Assembly: GCF_009914755.1 (NCBI RefSeq)
Contig: NC_060945.1
Source of the DNA: the human T2T-CHM13v2.0 reference genome, Homo sapiens
Length of the DNA: 64,000 bases
Strand: one strand, 5' to 3'
Shown piece after piece: positions 1-14,725 of the stretch (the first letter of the stretch is position 1; the number at the start of each line of letters is the position of its first letter). Made by a program: the position numbers and the translations under genes. The notes below the pieces were generated by a model. That model saw nothing but the letters and a program-made list of their open reading frames with translations, made no database searches and was not told the origin of the DNA.

Positions 1-529
1 AAATTTAAAATTAAAATAAATAAAAAATAAAATACTTTAGTTTTGGATTTCAGAATAGGCAACATAAAGGGAAACAGAAACAAATGTATGTGAGTTAGGT
101 TGATATTCATTACCTCAGATTTAATTTTGAGTAAACACAACTAAGAATAACACTTAGAAATCCCTGATACAATTTTCTTTGAAAATACTGAAGAAGAAGA
201 TAGTATTTGAATTTTAACACAGGCAGTTTTGTTGGACTACATGCCACAATGTCTATTATGTTTGTTTCAGAACTAAAAATATATAAAGTACTACCAAACC
301 TTAAAAGTAGCAAGAAAGCCAACTGCCCTGATGAGATCATAGTCGACTTGCCTTGAACTGTCTGAAGATGTCTGTATCTGTGATTGTTATTCACAAAGGA
401 CAGCCTGCTTACAATCAAAGGCTGTATTAGTAATGAAGAGTAATAAACAGTAGAGCTTTTGGAATTCTGTGCAAGTATAGTTGAATCACTTTAGAAACAG
501 AGCTCTTATAATTCACACACTGTCCATCT

Positions 530-2650
530 TCACCTAGGAACAACACAAGGGTACTTTAACATTAGAAAGCATATTAATACATTTGACCACCTTCATAGAT
601 CAAAGGAGGAAAAATATACATATGATTATCGAAGTTGATGGAAGAAGAGAAAGAATTTAAAACTCATTTATAATAAGAACTATTAGCAAGTTGGTAATAA
701 TATATAATCTTACTCTGATAAAGTCTATGAACAACCTATGGCAAATATAATTAATGGAGAAAGTTAGTTTACATTATGTTTAAAGTAAGGCATAAGACAA
801 TGTTACTGCAAACAAATATTCTGTTGAACATAGAATTAAAGATACTAGTAAGTGCTATAGTGAAAAAATAATAAGTAAAGAATTTAAAAGGACTGGAAAA
901 GAAAAATAATACTATTATTGCAGATTATATAATTGATGACAGTAAATCAAGAGGATCTACAGGCAAACTATTAAGGTCCATTAAAATGTTCACCTAGATC
1001 ACTGAATCCACATTTCATACAAAGAAAAGGTAGTTACTATAAAAACATAAAAGAAGATTATTTAAGTTCAAATAAAAAGATACTTTTTAGAGTTGTAAAT
1101 ATAAGTCATGTAAAAGTAAGGTTAAAAATACAGAAAACGTAGTCAAAACCCCAAGGATCTAAATAATAACAAGATATGTTTATTGTTAGAAAGATCAAAC
1201 ATAATGATGAATAATTTAATAAAATAATATGCAAATCCAAGTCAGTTCCAAACAGCATTTCATAGTTTTTCATAGAACATGAGCTTCCGAATAGAAAATG
1301 AAATTGGAAATGTAAATGTTGATGAATAGCAAAGATTATTTTGGAGAATAAAACGAGGTGGTTTATTTCTCTAGCAGATATGTCTAAATAAAAGCTGTAT
1401 TAATTTCTTGTTAGCATTTTAAATTGTGGAGAAATCATTCAATTAATAATTGATAGAAAATTGGCTATCTGAATGGAAAAAATTTGAGTTATATCCCTGT
1501 CTCAGCCTACAAGTTAGAAAAGAAGTCTTTCCAAATAAGTTAAAGAGCTTTTGTGAGTAGCACAATTTTAAAACTTAGAGAAATATAAGTGATCTTTTAT
1601 GATTGTTAAGTAAGGGAAACAAGATAAATAATACAACTAATGACTTTTAATGAATTTGATTTCATAAAATTTAAAAATTCCTGTGAGATGAGAAAAATGA
1701 TAAAAGCTCAGACTGAAGGTCAATCACAGGTAGGGAGTGGAACATACAACCCATGCCACTGATAAAGGGTTAGAAAGATATGCATCAATAACAAAAGAAC
1801 AGGAACCTAATGGAGAATTGCTAAAGAAAGTCAACAGAGAATTTATAGAAAATGAAAACTAAATGGCCAATTATGGTCTCACTAGTAATCAGACAAATGG
1901 TTATTTTAACAAAGACATTGGTAAAAAGATATAAGTCTAATAGCATCAAATGCTAGAGGGGCTGTCAGATTAATACATGATTAATGGAAATAGAAAGTCA
2001 TACAATTTATTAAATTTAGGAAATTAAAGTTTTACAATCATGATACATTAGCAATTTTCTGCCTGATATCTAGTCTGCAGAAACTCTTGAATATATAATT
2101 TGTGTTGTTTGTTATTGCAGTGACTGTAATAACAGAAAAGTAAAATCAACAAAAGTATGTTTCTGTTAGAGAATAGATAAACTACAATTTATTCTCACAA
2201 TGAAATATTATATACTGGTGAAGAGGAATGAAGTACCTCTTCATGAATCATGATGAAAAAAATCTGAAAACACTGAGAGAAGTATTCAAATATTAAATAT
2301 TTCAAAATTATATGTTAAAAAGGATACAGTTCATGTAAAACTTTAAAACACAGAAATGATATGTTTTGTGTGTTTAGATTGCATATATGTAGACTAAAGA
2401 TAAAACTCTTCATAGGAACCATCAATATTACTTTGGAGATAGTATTTACACCTGGGAGGCAAGAAAGGAGAAGGGATGGCAGTTGGATATTAGTCATATC
2501 TGCTGCAACTTTTAACACTTTGTTTATTAAATAAAAATCCAGACAAAGTATGGCAAAACATTGTATCTTAATACTGGGTCATAATTGTTGTTACATTTTT
2601 ATTTTGTATTTTTCTTTATGTTTGCATTTAATTATTGTTTTTAAACATAA
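530..2650 (+). mobile_element. Ancient, highly diverged L1 (L1M/L1ME-type) ORF2 and 3' end remnant
   Basis: A-rich sequence collinear with the L1 ORF2 consensus, including a decayed LFADDMI-encoding segment (ttattgcagattatataatt, ~915) and an L1ME-like 3'UTR. Confidence 0.7.
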
Positions 2651-3149
2651 AACAAGTAATTTCTAAATTATATCTAGAGTTATTTTGTATAAACATATGA
2701 TTTAAGTTACTCTTTTCTGTATTTCAAAATGTATGTGTGTATGTTCTTGTGAAATGGCTTTAGATTAATAATAATGGTGGACATTTTCTTCTTCCATTAT
2801 TTTCTCTACCCTATGCTGCCCACAAAACACATTGAACTTGCTTGGAGATGTTAATGTGGTATTTGAGGGGATTTTAATTTATCAAAATAATTTAAAAGTA
2901 ATAAAATATACCTAAATGCATTATCAAATGCCTGTCACTTTAATATCTTAATAACCTATGTTTGATTTGCTGCATTGCTTGCAATAGAGACTAGTAAATA
3001 CGAAGTTATAGACACATTTCTCATTTCATAGTGTTGACTTTGTTCATGTCAAAATTATATTCGAAATACATGGAAAACAAAATATGATAGTGTCTTTAAT
3101 AAGATGTCACTTTAACAACTTATATCTTAGGCATTATAGTATTAATAAA

Positions 3150-3370
3150 TACTTTCTATTGCTTTCTTTGTGTTGTGGACATTTGCAGATACTTTGCATA
3201 CATACATTTATTTAATCTTCATACACCCAATGGCTCAGCTCTTATAGATGAGACACATAGAGTCAAGAATGTCAAGTAAGTTGCCCAAGGTTGCATAGCC
3301 GGGAAGTGGTACATATGGCAATTGCATTGTAATAGTTGTCTTCCAGATTAAGTGCTTATTTCATTATCTC
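3150..3370 (-). mobile_element. MIR SINE remnant
   Basis: MIR core in reverse: tagatgagacaca...aagtaagttgcccaaggttgcatagccgggaagtgg. Confidence 0.7.
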
Positions 3371-6192
3371 ATTATCTCATTCTGCCTATGAATCCCTTTT
3401 GTTCATACCATATTGTATGTGAATCTAGTCCCTAACTAGTTCAATAAGTACTTAGTGAATCCATTCTTGTATCAGTTATTGTTCCTGGACTGGTAGTATG
3501 GAAGCGATAAGGATTTTTCATGAACCAAAAATATATTAGCCATCTCAGACGTATTTACAAGCCAAGGTTTTTAAGCTTCTCTGAACTGTAAATTGGTCAG
3601 TGTTTTGGAGATTACATTAAGTCTTGTATAAAATCAATAAAAATATCATATAACATTATTAAAATATATGCACAAGAACTGTTCTAACAGATTTATATTT
3701 ATTTGAGAGAAACACACAAGTAAGAGGTAGTTATTATTATTCTCATTTTAACAATGAGTAATCTTAGGCATATAAATTTTATGGACTTTGTCTAAATTCT
3801 CATATTCATGACATGCCTGATTTGGATGATTACTCTCTGTCAGTAGTCCTGAAATGCCATTTGTTTGCAAAAAGAAAAAAAATACAGAAAATATTTAATT
3901 TTTATTTATTTTTAATTACTCTATAATGTATTAAAAATGGAAAGAAGCAATCATTTTTCTATATTCATCTCATCCATATTCTTCTTTTAAGTTTTTTAAA
4001 AATCATTGTCTCACTTTTTTTTGAGATTATGATGATAAAAGGTGATTTCGGATTTGTTTGATTTTAATGTCCTGTATAAAAAGATAAAAATTGGCCACGC
4101 TGTCTATTCCCAAAATATTTATTTTGTTTCCATTATGTGATTTTACTGGACCATGTATTCCAAGCCTGAGGCCCAAAGATACTAAAGCACTCTTTTTCGA
4201 TCACCATATGCTTTCATCCTATAAGTAGAAATATTATTCTGTGATGTTTCTTCTTTCCTCTCTATCCTCTCTCTTTCCCACTCTCATCTCATCACGATGA
4301 AAAATATCAAGTCTGTCTCATTCATATTTGTAAATTGTTTTGCTGTCAGTAGGGTGCTTAGCCATAATCTGTTTTTAAGCATTGTGTCAAAATTGAATCA
4401 TGTTGCCCTCCAAAATGTTCTCAGGTGATGTTAGGACCAGAAAATGGGAAAACCACACTTTCATGAGTATTCCGTTTAAGGGCTTATAATTTAATCACAA
4501 AAATATTGCATAAAATATACTTAGGTCTTGGTTCATTAACAACACTTCTGGTAATACCTATGGAGTTCAGAACCATGGACAGAGTATGCTCTCCTACCTT
4601 CTCCCTGTAGTTGTAGGTGACTGGAATATTTTATTATAGAAAGAGATAATGAGAGATATGTAGACACAATTTGGGAAATTATAACGTATTTCCGAGGACA
4701 TTACTCCAGTGTGTGCTGGATGTGAAATTTTGAAAATTTAAAAATTTGCAAAATTAACAAGCAATTTCTGGCAAGATGAGTGATTGAGAATTAATTATTG
4801 CTAAAACCCTAGAAGTGATATATTGATTTTCAGTAAGAAAATTTGAAAGTACAATGCCAAAAGTACCTAGTTGCCTAACTCTTGAAGCTATAGAGCTGAT
4901 TTAGTAGATGAGGGAGCAGTAAATTTAGCAGAATTTTTCATAAAAGAGAGATGTGCTTGGAACATCCAAAATATTACCTAATAAATTGAACTTCTCTGGG
5001 ATTTATATGGCAGTTATCCCTTTTATAATTTAATGAGCAAAGTTCTGACAAAAACTTACAGGAATATATGTATCATTATCATGTACTTCCTGGGAAAACA
5101 GTATAAGACTTTCACTTTTGGAAAAAGAAACAGAATATAAAATTAAATTTAACTGCCAAAAGACTTGGCTTATTATAAGTATAATTTTATACTATAGAAT
5201 TAATGCATATTATTATGGACAATTGCTAATGACTCTATGTATTAAACTATGTTTCAAGGACAGTTTTAGTAGTTTAATAATTGTTAGAAATTTTTAAGGG
5301 GCAAAATATAGGAGAGTTTATTTAATATATCTTGGTTCTAAAACCTTGTAAAAATTTCCATCGGAGTAAATATTATACAGAATAATTTGATTTGAGGGGA
5401 ACTCATAATGAGATATTATTTATGGATATTATGTAGGTCATACTGTTTCCAACCAAACACATGTTACCTTAATGTGTCATTTTCTCATCTATTGAGGTCT
5501 AAGATTTCCAAACAACTGATGAATATCTCTTTAAATGTAAAACCATATTTGTGTATATAATTACCTCTTTACATAATTATTTTACATTCATTTTGTATGT
5601 TTTCTGCCTACATAAACAGCATATGCTCAATACAATGGCTTTTCTTGATATTTTACCATTATAAAAACCAGCTTTCTTAATTGTAATACATTTTCCTCAG
5701 TCGTGTCAGTTTTTTAGCTCCTAACTCAGAACCACCCCTTCACATTCCACCTCACTCTTAAAGATAATTTTAAATCCTTTCTCCCCAGTTATCTTGCAGG
5801 AAGGGTGAACTCTGATGATACTTGACTCATAGAGAGGATCAGAAGGAGCTTTCTGATGGTTGAGGGCTGTAGATTCCTGTCACCCAAGTAATGCTAGAGT
5901 TACTTAAATTTTTACCAGTTATGCATGTTTGCATTTTTCTTATACTCAAATTATATGAAGAAAATGTACATAATTTTTGAACAACACATAAATGGATACA
6001 CATTCATATATAAATTACCAATAAAAAACAGATTACTGACTTGTGAAAAGCAAATATATTAACTTGTTACATTAATATTAACAATCCTATTTATAAAAAC
6101 ATTGAATTAAATATTTTTTAGGTTTTAGAGGAATCAGTTAATAATCATTTTTGAGTTTCAGTTGTACAGCTGTGTTTGAATATTGCTTGAGT

Positions 6193-6209
6193 TGCCACTT
6201 GATGGCAGT
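6193..6209 (+). promoter_or_regulatory. Candidate CTCF-binding motif
   Basis: TGCCACTTGATGGCAGT differs at one position from the CCASYAGRKGGCRS core. Confidence 0.45.
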
Positions 6210-7884
6210 CATGTCTTTGGCATCAGAAGGGCAGTTTGCTTCTCTTCTGGTAAATAGGATTTAGAGTATTTAAAAATACAGCCAATGATCTTAGGAAAAT
6301 TTAACTTGTTATGGGAAAAATAACATCCATTAATAGGACTAATTTTTGCTAGATATGTAAACGTATATTTCATGCATGATTTTTATGTGTAGACATTATT
6401 AAGAAAAAGTTTTCAAAATATTTTAGCTTTTAAAATTATTTTCTGGTGGAATCCCAACATTGCTTTAGTTTTATATGCCATCCTTTCTATCAGTGTCATA
6501 AACTGTAGGAGCAACTCACCCTTGTGCTGTATTTGACCCAGACTTAAAAAAATTCCAGTCTTTTGACATATTTAATTACAAAATGGTTTCCAAATGTTGG
6601 TTCTTGAAGACCTGAAAACTTCCATAGTCTTAAAATTCTGGGAATTTTGCAGAAAATTTCTATATTTCTACTTTTCCTTTAAGATAGAAGAACTTAGTTG
6701 CTTTTCCTGAAATGTTAACTAATTTTCTGATTTTGCACTTTCTATTTTTTAAAAAAATTCTGTTATGTTTGAGAGGTAGTTTTGGGTTTTTTTCTGTGAC
6801 TTCCTTCTGTATTAAGTTTTTATTTTCTACTTGGCAGGAGAAAGAAGATTGATACAAAATTGGCAAGTTCTTCTTTCTTTGTTTTGTTTTGCTTTTAGTT
6901 CTACCTCCCTCTCCAAGACACATTCTTCACAATCAGGATGAAATTTGACTTTTTTGCCTTGGAAACATCCTACTGCTAGCAGCATTAAAAAGATGTTCAA
7001 CCATTCTTCTGTTTCCCATAAAGCTCCAACTTTTACATTTTTCTCAGTTTATGTCATTTAAACTGGAGTTCCCTTACTGATGACCTCTCATAGAATATGA
7101 TTTCATTTTTTTATTTTAATAGTCAAAAATATATGTTTCTTAACTCCTTAGAAGCAATAGAGTATTTTTAATTTGACATGCCATTTTCTCTTCATATAGA
7201 CATTTTAATCAAATTAATTATTGAAATGATCAGCTAATAAGATACTACAAAATTTATATTGTTTAGATAAAAATGATCATATTAAATATTTATTGCTGTC
7301 TGGAAAATGGTACTGAATGCACTTAAATTTCAAAACTTGTTTTAAGGTATATTGTGAGTACAAACGATGTTTTGACATCACCCACTATAGATACAAATAA
7401 CATGTAAAACACAATAAGTTGTATGTCAGCAATGTCTAAAAATGCTGAAATTCAATAACGTGTTTCCCCACGAAAGTAGTAATTTGGGTCATAATATAGT
7501 TTCTCTTTGCTATCTAAGAATATCAATAAAAATTACCATTTTTGTTTGGTCTTAGAATAGAAGTAATAGAGTGAAATCTGGTGATAATATTATATACCAT
7601 TATCAATAGAAATACCTAACTTTTGAAAGAAGTTATAATTTTTATGTCATGTGTGATGGAGAGTCCGTTTATCAGTAGGTATATACAGTACTCTATTTAA
7701 GAGCGTATAAAAGTTCATAATTTTTACATTTACAAGTGCTCAATTGTCATATACTCCAGTGACAAAGAGTGTATTTAAAATACTCACAGAGATTTTACTA
7801 GTATTAGTGTAAGGAAAATTTATTAATATTGGATTGCCACTTAGGTGAAATGTGTGAGGGATATTTCTGCACTATTTTATCTGT

Positions 7885-8120
7885 CCATTCATTAACAATC
7901 TACAATGCACTAGAGCAGCACCTTGCCCTGGAAGTACTCTAGTTAATGCAGGAGTAAAATAGGAACCCTTCACTCATGAACTTTAAGTCTATAAAAAAAA
8001 AAGTAGTAAATAAATGGATACATATGTACAATGCTAGGAAATATACAAGACACTATGTGAGCACATAATAGATGCATCTTGCTTAGTTTAAAGACAGGAT
8101 CAGTAAGACTCCTTGTAAGA
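7885..8120 (-). mobile_element. L2 3' remnant
   Basis: Starts cattcattaaca and includes ccttcactcatgaactttaagtcta, typical of a reverse L2 3' end. Confidence 0.5.
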
Positions 8121-9439
8121 ATATATATTAAATATACACTTACATTTTAATTAAATGGAAATATGCATAGGAAAGAATTTAAATTAACTTAGAATGTGTA
8201 TAAACTCTTTTCTTAAGAGAGTGTTGAAGTATCGATTTATTTCCAAATAAACATTTTCTGTGTTAAAGTGCTCAGAGAATAAAAAATGCTGATTTTCAAT
8301 TTTATAATAACTTTATTTAGTGAGGACTTTTCTCATTTGCACATTATCCGTGGTGTGAATCATACATGCGATTGTTTTCCCGGCATTAATGACCTCTTAA
8401 CCCAAGCTTTTCCTCTGAGTTAATGAGTGTCTGGAGCAGAGGGAGCTTTTAAGCAGAGTAGAGGACTCTTGATCCATATGATCATTACCTTACCAGAAAT
8501 GCCTGACCAACAGGTCATTATTGCTGTTACCGTGCTGAGAATTTAAATGAATGATGAATAAATTGTTCAGTAGATTCTTTTTCAATTCAAGTAGATATTT
8601 AGTAATAAGCAAATTGCAGCTAAGGGTATTTTAATTCCATCTTGTACATTTATAGTGCCTACTTTTATAATGGCATAATGTCTGCTATAATATTTTGCAG
8701 TTTTAAAAGTGAAACATTGTAGCAAAATAGTTTTGAAGTTATTTCCATATGTCCATCAGGCAAGTCAGAATAGGGCATGGAATTCAATTATTTAAGCACC
8801 TTTTTTCTTAGGTAATCTTATGGCAGGTACACAGTTAAAACATTAAAAAAAGTGGGGAGAGAGTTAACATGAATTTTAACATGCTTTAGTAAGAAAGATA
8901 TTTTTATAAAAGCTTCATATCTTTGCTTTTTAAAATCAATTCAATTTTTTATAAGAACTTAATGAAATGAGTTACATTTTATATTACAGCTTTTGGCAAG
9001 GAAGAAGTACTTGAGATTGAAATGTTACAGGAATTTTGCAGGGAAATTTAAGAAATAGTTTTATTTATTTCTTCTCTGATTAAATAATATCAAATTTATT
9101 TGTTATGTAATATATGTAAATTAACGTGACCAGCATTCGAAAAAATATGTAAGTAGGTAAACCTAATCCACTTCATTTTCTCAATTCATTATATTTAATT
9201 GATTAATTACAAAATTCTCCAGAAATACCTAAAATTATAAACTGAAAACGCTATAGTTCAAGTAGTCAATCTATCTTCAAATCAGTTAGGACCTTTTGTA
9301 TTGAATATAACAGAAAATTGAAATAAAAATTTCAATTTGATTTATATAGTGAACAGAATTACTTGACTCATCTAACTGAAATGCATAGAAGCTGTAGATG
9401 AAACTTTATCTAGCACCTCAAACTCAGCAGAAAATTCAC

Positions 9440-9716
9440 TCCTCCATCTGTGCACAATTGTTGACCAATACCCTGAATTCAGATCTCAGCTTATGGGTCA
9501 ATGCCACTAAAGACTCATCCTCAACCCCTGTCTTTACTGAAATCAATCAAGGCCCCTTGTTATATGTCCTCAGAGAACCATCTATTGTCACTATTACTTA
9601 CTGTTAGTATTATTAGTAGTAATATAGTCATTACATTTCATAACCAATTATTTCCTTGGTTGGCATATGAAAGGCATGTAATGTGTACTTACTGAGTTAA
9701 TGAATGCTTGAATGAA
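9440..9716 (+). mobile_element. L2 3' remnant
   Basis: Pyrimidine-rich body ending in ...gagttaatgaatgcttgaatgaa. Confidence 0.45.
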
Positions 9717-10460
9717 GTCAAGCACCCATTACCATTCTTAACTCATGGAATGACCAGGGACATAAATACCCTGAGTAATGTTCCTCTCTCTTGGCCTTGT
9801 TTAGTGCTTGTCATTTCATCTCTGATGAAATTTTACCCTCTATGAAACTTCCCTGATTATCCAAGCAAATAAATAAATAAATAAAGCGCTTCCTATCTAG
9901 GAAATCCCAAGATGTTATCTCTGTCTTTTGACATTGATCATAATCATAAATATAATAGAGTAATTTCTGCTAACTTATAGTTTGAAGAACAAAAATTGTG
10001 TCATTTTTCCCTCTATTCTCCATGGTGGAGAATTCGTTGATATCACAACCATCAATAAATATTTTTAAGTTAATAAACTAAAAGAAAGTTATGTTATCTT
10101 TTATTCAGTGTTGGTTGTTTTAACTGTTTTATAACTATCAGTTTCTTTGTAATTTTTTTTTGCAAATGTGAAAGTAATTTTATGGTGATTTGTGCAGTTA
10201 GTGGTCTGCAAAATTGTATTTAATCAAATTTGTGCAAATTATAACATAAAAGAGTAGCTTCTTTTAAAATAATTATCCTCTGATAAATAATAAATACATT
10301 TTCATTGCATAATAGTCTCCAAATATCCATTCGTAAATAAAGTGAGATAAACTTGGGTCTTTTTATGTTGCCTAGTATTTAATAAACTTTTAGATACCCA
10401 TTAGGTAACTTCATAGGTCCTCTTTCCCATGAGATAGATTCTCAGAGAAATCAGTACATA

Positions 10461-10484
10461 TGTGTGTGTGTGTGTGTGTGTGTG
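10461..10484. repeat. (TG)12 microsatellite
   Basis: Read directly from the sequence. Confidence 0.95.
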
Positions 10485-11577
10485 CATGCACACGTGTGCA
10501 TTTTACAAATAAAATTTGGAGTCTTCATGCTTTCCCTAATATCCACAATATCACTAGGAACAAAATAATCTTTAAGCACTTTGGCAGAGTTGGACGTTTA
10601 GGATAGAAAACTAGAGTTATGTAGACAATAGTGTTTCATTACAATTCCTCTGTCACATTTGTCTATTTTCAACATTTTTCTGTCTTTTTATTTTCCTTAA
10701 GGCCAAACCTGCTAACGTTAGACTTCTGCTCCTTATTTATGTTTTTATCCCTGCTTTCTCTGCTTTTCAGATCATTAATTACTGATTGATATTTAATCCT
10801 ATTTCTGGAGGCACATGGTTGGCATTTTCATGAGAATGAACAGAAAGAATACAAATATAATCGGCATGACTACCTAATTCCATAATCCTTTCATTAGTCA
10901 GGCATCCCATTTAGTAGAGTATTTAATCCTGCAGAGAGCCCTGAGAAATCAGCTCATATTGTCACTGTGGTTTCAATTTTTTTAAGGTTCCATATCATTA
11001 CCTCTTCTAAGGAAAATTCTACCTAGCTACTTTCTATAATTAGCTCTGTCAGTAGGTAAGATGAAACGTAAAACTCTGGGCAGGTTTAAATATTTTATAG
11101 CAAATTGTAGTATAATTATGAACATTGTGAGTACTATTTTCTCTTTCTGTCATTGGAACTCAGAGATAAAATTTTTATTTTTCTATGAATTAGGAGGAAA
11201 AAATGTTTCTTTAAATGATCTTTTAGCTTACCTTTCAGCCTCAAGATTATGTTTAAATAAAGGATTTATATCCCAGATTAAGAATTTCTATTTCATTTTA
11301 TTTTTCCCTCTTATGAAAGCACATGTTCTATTGGACAGTTGAAGGTTTACTGTTTTTCAAATTAATTTGAGACTTGTCTTTTCAGAAATTTTAGTAAAGG
11401 TAAATTCATTTTCCCATAGCTATATTTCCTAATAAAGGGCATTAATGTAAAAAAAGAAAGCTAATTTCACAAATTATATAGTATAGTTATGGTTTCAGTG
11501 GAATTTCTTAACCAATACTCATATTTAGCATTACTTGGTAGTTTTATACTTGTAAAATGCTGAATTGCATATACTAA

Positions 11578-11944
<367 letters not shown>

Positions 11945-14199
11945 AAAACAGTATTACTGATTTTAATTTGCCTTAAGAACTGATTATTGGAACAAAAATA
12001 AAAAGCTAATTTGATTTATTTCATTGTTTTCATTTAAAATAATACATACATTTATTTGCTTAGCCAAACAGTATTTATCTAACATTATTCACTGGAAGTT
12101 TGACAGATTGCATTACTTGATCTGGTGAATGAAAATGTATATTCTGAACATGGAAATTACAGAAGCCCAAATATATTATTACATATACAACTCAGAAAAC
12201 AGATAACGTGAAATCATAAAGATGTTCATAACAGTGAACATTTTAGTTTTGGGGGGAAATTAAATTTAAAAATATATTTTTATTTTTAATTAAAGAGAAT
12301 ATGGTGTGCCAATACTCTTTTTCTTCTTAATATTAGTATTTGTTAACTCAGGCCTACATCAGAGCACTTTTCAAAAGAGTTAAAGCATGTAAAAATAGAA
12401 TCACTGGTCATTTCGGTAATAAATATTAGGGCGATTTTCTTTCTTGTAAGTAATAAATTGGCCATTTTCTACCGACATAATCAACTAGAAGTTCAAAGAG
12501 TTGTTTACGTCAATTTCCTGGGGTTGCAAAATGGCAGCTCCTCAAATATGTATTAAAATACTGATGAAGGCTTCAATCACATGGCGTAATCTTCTCAGAG
12601 CAATTCCCCTCAGTGGGTCATTACAGCAGATAATGGAAGCATTTGTAACCTCTAGATACAATTGGACTAAATGAAATTAGATTCCCAATTTCCTTCAGAT
12701 AAGAATATTTCAAAACGTTGTCAGCATTTATTGAGCAATAAACGGGGGGTGGGGTTGACATTGTACAAAGATACACAGAGCTCCCTCATCTCCTTTATCT
12801 TTGCCTCTAGAATGTTTATTCTTTAAATTAAACATTTATGCAAACAGCAAAATCAGATGTTGGGCAAGCCCAATGCTAAAAGGGTTGGCCAGAAATTTTT
12901 CCCTGAGGCATTGGCAACCCATATTAAAAATATATATAAAATGTTTCCGTGTGGAAAGGCAGAGAGCGCCTCCCACCACAGCCATCTTCAGGCAATGCTC
13001 ATCCAAGTAGACATCTAGAGCAGAACATTTTAAAAGGGAAAATATGTGGCGGATGCAGGAGACAGGATGCAAGCAGTCTGATGCCCATCATCTATATATA
13101 GGGTATGGCTCTTTGTAACCAGCAATGTTCATAAAAATTATCTCCCTTTAAAGATATTACCAGGTATTCTGGATAATGGTTCAATGTTAGGGTGATATTA
13201 GTAAAAGTAAGGCTTTCTATTGTTAAACATTGAATTTGAAGGTATTATATACATCACCTAATTATTAAACCCTCCTTTAAAACTTTTAGATGATGTGTTC
13301 ATGGTCATGGAGTTAGTGGCCATTCAGTAATAAATGTAGACACTGATTCCTAAAAGGTGGAATTTTTTTTTTCTCTGCTCTTAAAGCACATTTTATCATA
13401 GTCAGTCTTTTCAAAAACTAATTATGAAGACTGTACCTGGAGGACAGGTAGACTTAAAAGTAAAATTCCCTAATATATAAAATATATACACCTTAAATAC
13501 AGATGGACTAGCATTTTAAAAATTGAGGTTGGGATTCTTTTAAATCTTGTGTCTATATTTATATAAATGCTAATTGTGTTGGGTAATCTCAAGTATGTTT
13601 TTTCCTTCCAAAGGATACTTGGCTCAGGAAAATCAATCTCTTTCTCTTTCTCTGTCTCTCTCCCCCTCTCTTTGTCTCCCTTTATGTTTCTGTCTCTTAA
13701 GCTTATACACACATACACAATATGACACCATCATCTACAAAATAATATTATCACCTATCTTCTGTTTCTTCTAGAAGAAGTTGTGTTTGAACTAAACATA
13801 TATTTTTAGTGTTGTAAAATGGCTCTACTGAAGAAATGTTAAGAGCAAGATTTAAACTAAAACTGTTTTAAAAGGGACTATGTCAAATGCCCAACAGATT
13901 TCTTTCAGCCATTTTTGGATTGTCATGTATTCCCATTGGTGGTGGCATACATTCTTAAAAAGTAATGTGCCAAAGCATACCATATTTTCTCAAAATTTTA
14001 TAGAGTTTTAACTACTGAAACATTTGCATGCAAAAATATATTATATAATTTTGCTAAAATGCTAAAAAAAAAAAAAGCAAAAAAAGCTACAATTTTGCAC
14101 AAATTGTTTCTGAGAAAAAAGATGGATTCTTACATAAGATTATTGGATATCCAGCCAAAGGGAAGGCTACGTCAGTTTTCTGTCTCTTTACCAGAGAGC

Positions 14200-14625
14200 C
14201 TCATGGTGTGGTGGAAAAGGCACTTAACCCAGACTCTGGTTCTGACTCCGTCATTAATTACCCACGTTGTCTCTGGAGAAATCCCCTAACTTCTTTGAAT
14301 GACAAATTATTCTTCTGTGAAATTTTGAATTTTCTAATAGTTTATTAATTTTATTTTTATATCTACCATCTCATATTTTTCTCACATCAACCCCAGTGAG
14401 GGATTTGGTGAATCTCCTTGTCCCTTAAAATGACACTGTGACCTGGTTAAGTAAAAATTCTTCAGGATTTATAGTGAATTTAGGCAATTTACTTACCTTC
14501 TGTGTTTCAATTCTCCTCTGAAAACAATGGGGATAATTATATATATCTCACAGGATTTTGAGGATTAATTAATATTTATAAAATGTTTAGAACAGTCTTT
14601 GGGACAAATAAATATTTCAATTATT
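14200..14625 (+). mobile_element. Two MIR remnants (~14200-14320 and ~14475-14625)
   Basis: catggtgtggtggaaaaggcac (MIR 5' end) and ggcaatttacttaccttctgtgtttcaatt...aatggggataat (MIR core). Confidence 0.65.
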
Positions 14626-14694
14626 ATTGTTGATGGTGTTTTAAGAACATCATTATTGTTAGCAGTATCATGTTATAGTTAAAATTGCTTGGAC

Positions 14695-14725
14695 CTTATA
14701 TGACAATATCTTATATGACAATATC
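14695..14725. repeat. Perfect 15-bp tandem duplication (CTTATATGACAATAT x2)
   Basis: Read directly from the sequence. Confidence 0.9.

Noticed and set aside
314-355. Hammerhead-ribozyme-like words (GAAA...CTGATGAG...GAC)
   Set aside because: After CTGATGA and a weak stem the sequence reads GACT rather than GAAA, and the upstream GAAA is only 10 nt away, so stems I and III cannot form.
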